64,000 bases of DNA from an uncultured Candidatus Binatia bacterium (lineage in GTDB: Bacteria > Desulfobacterota > Binatia > Bin18), in the NCBI GenBank assembly GCA_965214605.1, contig OZ243961.1, positions 288,001-352,000 on the forward strand, written 5' to 3'. Shown here in pieces: positions 58,819 through 64,000 of this stretch. The notes under the pieces are model-generated. The model did no database searches, had not been told where the DNA came from, and saw only the letters and a list, made by a program, of their open reading frames with translations. The first letter of the stretch is position 1. Each line of letters opens with the position of its first letter. A program made the translations under genes and the position numbers.

Positions 58819-58907
58819 CGGAGGGAGTGGGATTTGAACCCACGAGAGCCTGTTAAGGCTCTGCCGGTTTTCAAGACCGGTGCATTCAACCGCTCTGCCA
58901 TCCCTCC
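58819..58907 (-). tRNA. tRNA-Ser (anticodon UGA)
   Basis: GGAGGGATGGCAGAGCGGTTGAATGCACCGGTCT-TGA-AAACCGG, long variable arm, GGTTCAAATCCCACTCCCTCCG; CCA not encoded. Confidence 0.97.
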
Positions 58908-58982
58908 CATACTGCGACGGCATTAACACGCTCTAGTGCCGTCGTCTAGAGCTCTCGTACTCAGCTCTGTTGACTAAAACCG

Positions 58983-59026
58983 GTTCCTAGAGGCTCCGGC
59001 CGGTACCGGCCGGAGCCTCTAGGAAC
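58983..59026. repeat. Perfect 44-bp loopless palindrome
   Basis: GTTCCTAGAGGCTCCGGCCGGT|ACCGGCCGGAGCCTCTAGGAAC. Confidence 0.95.
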
Positions 59027-59030
59027 TCAT

Positions 59031-59056
59031 GGAATATAAGATTTTGACTATAGTCA
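59031..59056 (+). repeat. GGAAT-N9-TGACTATAGTCA motif, copy 4
   Basis: GGAAT-ATAAGATTT-TGACTATAGTCA. Confidence 0.85.
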
Positions 59057-59120
59057 ATTAGGGCATGAGGGGATCTTTCTCAAGCACTGCAAAAGTTCTA
59101 TGCTGCGGAATACCCCACCT

Positions 59121-59918
59121 ATGAGAAATGCCCTCGCCCTTGGCGGTGTATCTTTTCTGATCTGCAAACTCAGCTTTGCTGTCCTCAGTTGGTTTGTGGA
59201 TGAAAAAAAGACCGCTTTCGACTGGCAACAGCCTGAGCTCTCGCATTTCCTGCATCATTGTGTCCAACGCCTGAGAGAGAGCTTCTTCTCCCGGCCGTTT
59301 GGCCTTTCTATGTTGCTTGGCGGCAGTCTCATCTACCACCTCCTGTGCTTTTTGCCGGGTCTTGAGCTTCTTGCCCTGTTGGAGTCAGTCGTGTTCGAGA
59401 TTCCATATCGTGCCGGAGATGGGCTGTGGCAGTTCTTGTATCTTGATCCCCACAGTCGTCTGTGGCCGTGGAGTGTGTACGCCGGTATTGCTCTTGGTGG
59501 AGTTGGCTATGATATTGTATCTGGATTCGTCAGCTGGACGCTGCTCAAGGCGGCCGATCGGGCGAGATCAGGCCTCCTCGGCTTTCTCATTCTCAACGGC
59601 CTGTTCTTCGTGGTAGTAGGCGGCGGGTATGGCTATGGGGTGTTGACCGTCGTGTCGATCTCTTTGCCTAGAGCGCTCGACTACCGGGATATCGTGTTAG
59701 TCACCCCTCAAGTCATCAGCGTCAGTATCCCGATTCTTGCCTCTGGTGGGATTGGTTTTGCTCTCCTGGCCATACGTTGGCTGCCACTAGGGGTGCGTGC
59801 CTGGCTCTTTTCCCGGCCTAGCTCTCGTCGCAACGAGCCTCGTCTCCCTCTCCTTGGAACCGGGCTTGGCACAATCGTTGCCCTGCTCGTCGGCATCGTC
59901 ACCCTTATGATGGCATAG
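59121..59918 (+). CDS. Hypothetical integral membrane protein
   Basis: Several hydrophobic segments; start uncertain. Confidence 0.65.
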   Translation: MRNALALGGVSFLICKLSFAVLSWFVDEKKTAFDWQQPELSHFLHHCVQRLRESFFSRPFGLSMLLGGSLIYHLLCFLPGLELLALLESVVFEIPYRAGDGLWQFLYLDPHSRLWPWSVYAGIALGGVGYDIVSGFVSWTLLKAADRARSGLLGFLILNGLFFVVVGGGYGYGVLTVVSISLPRALDYRDIVLVTPQVISVSIPILASGGIGFALLAIRWLPLGVRAWLFSRPSSRRNEPRLPLLGTGLGTIVALLVGIVTLMMA

Positions 59919-59932
59919 AAAAGGAGCCTCTT

Positions 59933-60400
59933 ATGAAACGTCGGATTGTGGGCTTTCATCGCGACCAAGAGAAGGAGTGGGTGGCCGAATTAGACTGCGG
60001 CCACGGTCAACATGTCCGTCACCGTCCTCCGTTTGAAAATCGTCCCTGGACAACGACCGAGGCGGGGCGGCGTTCAAAGCTGGGCTTCGAACTCATCTGT
60101 CCAAACTGCGCTCGTTTTGAGTTACCGAGCGGATTCCAGGCGTATAAACGGACGCCGGAATTTGAGGCGTCTTCTATACCAGACGGTCTGCGCAAAGCGC
60201 ACTCCACCAAACGCGGGGTATGGGCAAAAGTGAATGTTCTAGAAGGACAATTACGATATGCTACGCACGCCCCCCTCGCCCGGGAGTTCATCCTTGAGCC
60301 GGAGCGCCCGGGAATTATTGTCCCGGAGGTTCTTCATCATATTGCTCCGCTCGGCCCGGTCCGATTTTATGTCGAGTTTTATACACAGACCATCCCCTAG
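59933..60400 (+). CDS. DUF3565 plus DUF1971 (TehB N-terminal cupin-like) fusion protein
   Basis: WVAELDCGHGQHVRHRPP...CPNC, then YKRTPEF..HSTKRGVW..HHIAP..FYVEF. Confidence 0.8.
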   Translation: MKRRIVGFHRDQEKEWVAELDCGHGQHVRHRPPFENRPWTTTEAGRRSKLGFELICPNCARFELPSGFQAYKRTPEFEASSIPDGLRKAHSTKRGVWAKVNVLEGQLRYATHAPLAREFILEPERPGIIVPEVLHHIAPLGPVRFYVEFYTQTIP

Positions 60401-60576
60401 GCTCTCTCTCCCTCGTCCCCGAAGAGGGGCGCCGATCAAATTTGGGAGCAGCCTTGGGGAGGGTCTGAGGGATGGTTTGTCCGGGGGTTTTTCTCGGAAG
60501 AAGAAATACGCTAAGGAGCACACGAATAGCGTCTCTTGTCTCGGCGCATGAAATTTTCACGACAGAGGAGACACGT

Positions 60577-61149
60577 ATGGTCAGAAAACCCCACCTCTAC
60601 CTAGCCGGTCCCGAAGTGTTCTTGCCCGATGCGGTGGAACACGCCCACAGACAGCGCCGCTTGTGCGAGCGCTACGGCTTTGTCGGTCTGCACCCGATGG
60701 ACAACAATGTTGAGCATCAAGAGGACTCCCTGCAAACAGCCGTGCGGATTTATCGCGGGGATATTGCCCAAATCCGAGCCTGTGACATTGTCGTTGCCAA
60801 CTGCAACGCTTTCCGCGGAGTGCTGATGGATGACGGGACGGCGTATGAAATCGGCTTTGGCAATGCCCTCGGAAAACCGGCCTACGGTTATATGAAAGCG
60901 CTCAATCCGGTCTCCGAGCGCACCCGCTCTCAGTATCCGTGTCGCCACTTAGCCGACGGAAAGACCATTGATCAGGAAGGCTACCTGGTCACCGACGATT
61001 TTGGCACCTCAATCAATCTGATGATGGAGTGTGGCATGCTTGATACCGGCGGACGTTTAGTTGAAGGCGATTTTGAAATCTGCTTACAAGCGATCCGTGA
61101 GGATATGGATCGCGGCAGGCTCCGCCTCCTTCTTCCGACGACCAGTTAA
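60577..61149 (+). CDS. Nucleoside 2-deoxyribosyltransferase family protein
   Basis: YLAGPEVFLPDA, DIVVAN, DDGTAYEIGF and DFGTSINLM. Confidence 0.88.
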   Translation: MVRKPHLYLAGPEVFLPDAVEHAHRQRRLCERYGFVGLHPMDNNVEHQEDSLQTAVRIYRGDIAQIRACDIVVANCNAFRGVLMDDGTAYEIGFGNALGKPAYGYMKALNPVSERTRSQYPCRHLADGKTIDQEGYLVTDDFGTSINLMMECGMLDTGGRLVEGDFEICLQAIREDMDRGRLRLLLPTTS

Positions 61150-61271
61150 AACCTCGGGGGGAGTCTCCGTATGGACGGGTCGCCCGGAGAAGATTCCTCT
61201 GCCCATCGGTCTCGTTCCCATTCAAGGATCCCTGCGGAGTTGGCCCTGGCTCTCACACGCGTCTTCCTAAG

Positions 61272-62405
61272 TCAGCAACACGCGGCAAAGCGCTCGAGGT
61301 GGTGTTCGGCATCGCCAAACGTCTGACTGATCGTGGTCAGGCGCCGAAAGGTATGGCTGACCTTAAATTCCTCGGTCATCCCCATGCCCCCGTGCAGCTG
61401 CACTGACTCCTGGCTGATATGCCGGCAGGCATCGGAGATCTTGATCTTGGCCGCGGCAATTACCCGTTTACGCTCGGCCGCATCGGCGCTATCCACCTTG
61501 ACGCAAGCCAAGCAGGCCATGGACTTGACCTGTTCGTAGGTAATCATCATATCGACCATCCGGTGCTGCAAGGCCTGAAATGAACCGATCGGCACGCCAA
61601 ACTGCTTGCGGGTTTTCAGATATTCCAGCGTAGCGTCGTTGGCAAACTTCACCGCTCCAACCGCTTCGGCACATACCAAGGCAATCGCATAATCCGTCAC
61701 TTCCTCAATGAGCGCGAAAGCCTGCCCCTCGGTGCCGATCAACGCGCTGGCAGGCACGGCTGTGGCCGAGAACCGGATGTCCGCCGCTCGAAGATTATCA
61801 ATCGTCCTATACGAGTTGAGGCTGATCCCGGGCGCATTGCGGTCCACCACAAAAAGACTGATGCCGTTAGGGTCCGTCTCCTCTCCCGCGGTCCGTGCCG
61901 AAACAATGAGCTGGTCTGCACACGGGCCGTGCAGGACCACACACTTCTCGCCGTCAATGATATAGCCGTTGTGAGCATTGGTTGCGCGACAGCCGACATG
62001 GGCCAGATCATAACGCGCCCCACGCTCCGTTTGGGCAAAGGCCAGCTTACACTTCCCCGCAATCAGGGCGGGCAGGATCGCCTGTTGCTGGGCTTGGCTA
62101 CCGCCCCGGGCAATGAACTGTCCGCCTAGGCCAACTGTGGCAAGATACGGCTCAACGAGCAGCCCCTCTCCAATCCCAGCCATAATCGGCATCAGGTCAA
62201 CGGCACGACCACCAAAGCCTCCCACCTGACTGGAAAACGGCAGGCCCAAGAGACCCAGAGCGGCGAGGCGAGACCACACCTGTTCACTATAGCCGGACTC
62301 GGACTCAATGATCGCGTGGCGGGCTTCAAACGTATACTCCCGGGCGAGAAACTGCTGGATGCTGTTGGCCAGCAGCTGCTGTTCTTCCGTGTAGTCAAAA
62401 TTCAC
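61272..62405 (-). CDS. Acyl-CoA dehydrogenase, PimD-like subunit
   Basis: MNFDYTEEQQLL, RKQFGVPIGSFQALQHR and QLHGGMGMT. Confidence 0.92.
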   Translation of the reverse strand: MNFDYTEEQQLLANSIQQFLAREYTFEARHAIIESESGYSEQVWSRLAALGLLGLPFSSQVGGFGGRAVDLMPIMAGIGEGLLVEPYLATVGLGGQFIARGGSQAQQQAILPALIAGKCKLAFAQTERGARYDLAHVGCRATNAHNGYIIDGEKCVVLHGPCADQLIVSARTAGEETDPNGISLFVVDRNAPGISLNSYRTIDNLRAADIRFSATAVPASALIGTEGQAFALIEEVTDYAIALVCAEAVGAVKFANDATLEYLKTRKQFGVPIGSFQALQHRMVDMMITYEQVKSMACLACVKVDSADAAERKRVIAAAKIKISDACRHISQESVQLHGGMGMTEEFKVSHTFRRLTTISQTFGDAEHHLERFAACC

Positions 62406-62429
62406 GATGTTCTCTCCTGAGAGCCGTCT

Positions 62430-63608
62430 CTAGAGCCCGAGGGACCTTTTGGCAATGATATTCCGCTGTATCTCGTTTGAACCGGCATAGATGCTCGTCT
62501 TGCGATAGTTGCAGTAGCGAGGAGCAATCCGGGCGATGTCGGCGTCGAAGTTTGTCGCCTCACGTGGCTGAAAAGCTTGGGCAAATGGTCCGACTGCATC
62601 CATCATCAATTCGGTCAGGGCTTGCTGAATCTCGGTGCCGCGAATCTTGAGCAAAGACACCTCGGCTCCGGGATCACGCCCGCCACGCATCTGGTCGAGA
62701 AAGCGCAGGTTGGTGATCTCAAGTGCCATCAGCTCAACCTCGACCCGAGCCAGACGGTCAGCAAAACGGGAGTCTTCACGCAGCGGGCGGCCGTGTTTGG
62801 TCTGGCGTGCGGCCAGCTCCTTGAGACGGGTCAGTTCCCGTTTAGAGGTGCCGATACTCCCCGTGTTGAGACGTTCATGACCGAGCAGATATTTGGCCAC
62901 AGTCCAGCCGTCACCCTCCTTGTGGACCAGGTTTTCGGCCGGAACCCGCACGTTATCAAAAAAGACCTCGTTGACTTCATGGCCGCCATCCATAAGGAGC
63001 AAGGGCCGGACCGTAATACCCGGAGTGTTCATGTCGATCAGCACAAAGGAAATGCCGTCTTGTTTCTTCTGGGTCTGAAAATCGGTTCGCACCAGACAGA
63101 AGATCCAGTCAGCAAACTGAGCCAGGGTCGTCCAGATCTTCTGACCGTTGACTCTGTACTCATCGCCCTGGCGGACCGCACTCGTTTTGAGCGAGGCCAG
63201 GTCTGAGCCGGACTCAGGTTCGGAGTAGCCCTGACACCAAAAGTCGTCCCCATTATAAATGCGCGGCAGATATCGTGTCTTCTGTGCCTCTGTCCCAAAC
63301 CGAAACAGCACCGGCGCACACATCGACAGCCCAAACGGCATACGGCCCGGACAGCCAGCCGCCCCCATCTCTTCCTCAAAGATATAGCGCTCGACGATCG
63401 TCCAGTCTGTTCCACCCCACTCTTGTGGCCACTCTGGGGCCACCCAGCCTTTGGCTGCCAAGATCTTATGCCAACGAATGTAATCGTCTTTGCTAAGCTC
63501 CTGATAGTTGATGACTTTCTCGCGGATATCGTCGGGCAGATTGGCCTTGATCCACGATCGGACGTCGTCGCGGAAAGCGCTCTCTTCAGCTGAATAGTTC
63601 AGATCCAT
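62430..63608 (-). CDS. Acyl-CoA dehydrogenase, PimC-like subunit
   Basis: MDLNYSAEE, WCQGYSEPESGSDL, HEVNEVFF and SIYAGSNEIQRNII. Confidence 0.93.
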   Translation of the reverse strand: MDLNYSAEESAFRDDVRSWIKANLPDDIREKVINYQELSKDDYIRWHKILAAKGWVAPEWPQEWGGTDWTIVERYIFEEEMGAAGCPGRMPFGLSMCAPVLFRFGTEAQKTRYLPRIYNGDDFWCQGYSEPESGSDLASLKTSAVRQGDEYRVNGQKIWTTLAQFADWIFCLVRTDFQTQKKQDGISFVLIDMNTPGITVRPLLLMDGGHEVNEVFFDNVRVPAENLVHKEGDGWTVAKYLLGHERLNTGSIGTSKRELTRLKELAARQTKHGRPLREDSRFADRLARVEVELMALEITNLRFLDQMRGGRDPGAEVSLLKIRGTEIQQALTELMMDAVGPFAQAFQPREATNFDADIARIAPRYCNYRKTSIYAGSNEIQRNIIAKRSLGL

Positions 63609-64000
63609 CTTTACCTCTCGCAATCGTATCAAGTGGCGCACACAAACTACTAGCGGCCGATATCAATGGCGACCGCCCCAAACGGCTTCGCACACGTGAC
63701 TGCCGCACCGAGCCCCCCTCGGTCTGCCCAGGTCGTGGAGAAGCGTTCTCGCCAGTCCGGGATTTGATGGGAGGAACCAGTCCCTGCATACGCCGCCAGC
63801 CCGCCCTCTCTGGGACGAGGTGCACTTGCGGCTCACAAAGAAACCGCCGACCGCCAAGACTGCCACGGGGACGCTCAAGAGGGCTGAGGGTCATGACTGA
63901 AGCTGCCCGGGTGTGGGGAAATGCCGACCTCGACCCGGGCGCTGACGTCCCGTCACGAATTTCGCCGATCGCTTGATCGGCGGTCTGAAGCAAGTCTTGA

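Noticed and set aside
58819-58907. tRNA-Ser as a genomic-island attachment site
   Set aside because: No duplicated tRNA 3' end or integrase seen; the tRNA 3' end abuts the SDR stop.
1-64000. CRISPR array, cas genes, intact transposase, integrase, reverse transcriptase or prophage
   Set aside because: No regularly spaced repeat-spacer pattern and no recognisable motifs in the ORF track or by eye.

Overview
A GC-rich bacterial chromosomal window. Gene content suggests a Deltaproteobacteria-like or Binatia-like heterotroph, possibly host-associated; this is inference only. Left to right it holds: a partial class I HMG-CoA reductase, a lipid kinase, rnhB, a pdhC-lpdA-lipB-lipA operon, queE, many CoA-metabolism genes, an FG-GAP beta-propeller, a FadF/HdrD-like Fe-S oxidoreductase, DAHP synthase, gatCAB and serS. 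Next is a split Rieske/cytochrome b operon with an octaheme cytochrome c, a cupredoxin-like protein and two small membrane ORFs missing from the supplied ORF track. A 28-bp XerC/D dif-like site at 46471-46498 implies this is the replication terminus region. Beyond it lie a MoxR/VWA pair, an unusual response regulator-DUF1571-histidine kinase-pteridine reductase operon, a 14%-GC tract with 12 AGTAA/TTACT repeats upstream of a winged-helix-like gene, a tandem PTPS plus SDR, tRNA-Ser(UGA) and pimCD-like dehydrogenases. Non-coding signals include a four-copy GGAAT-N9-TGACTATAGTCA motif, a 54-bp duplicated gene end flanking dif, a perfect 44-bp palindrome and several decayed pseudogenes. All assignments come from motif recognition by eye, with no database searches.
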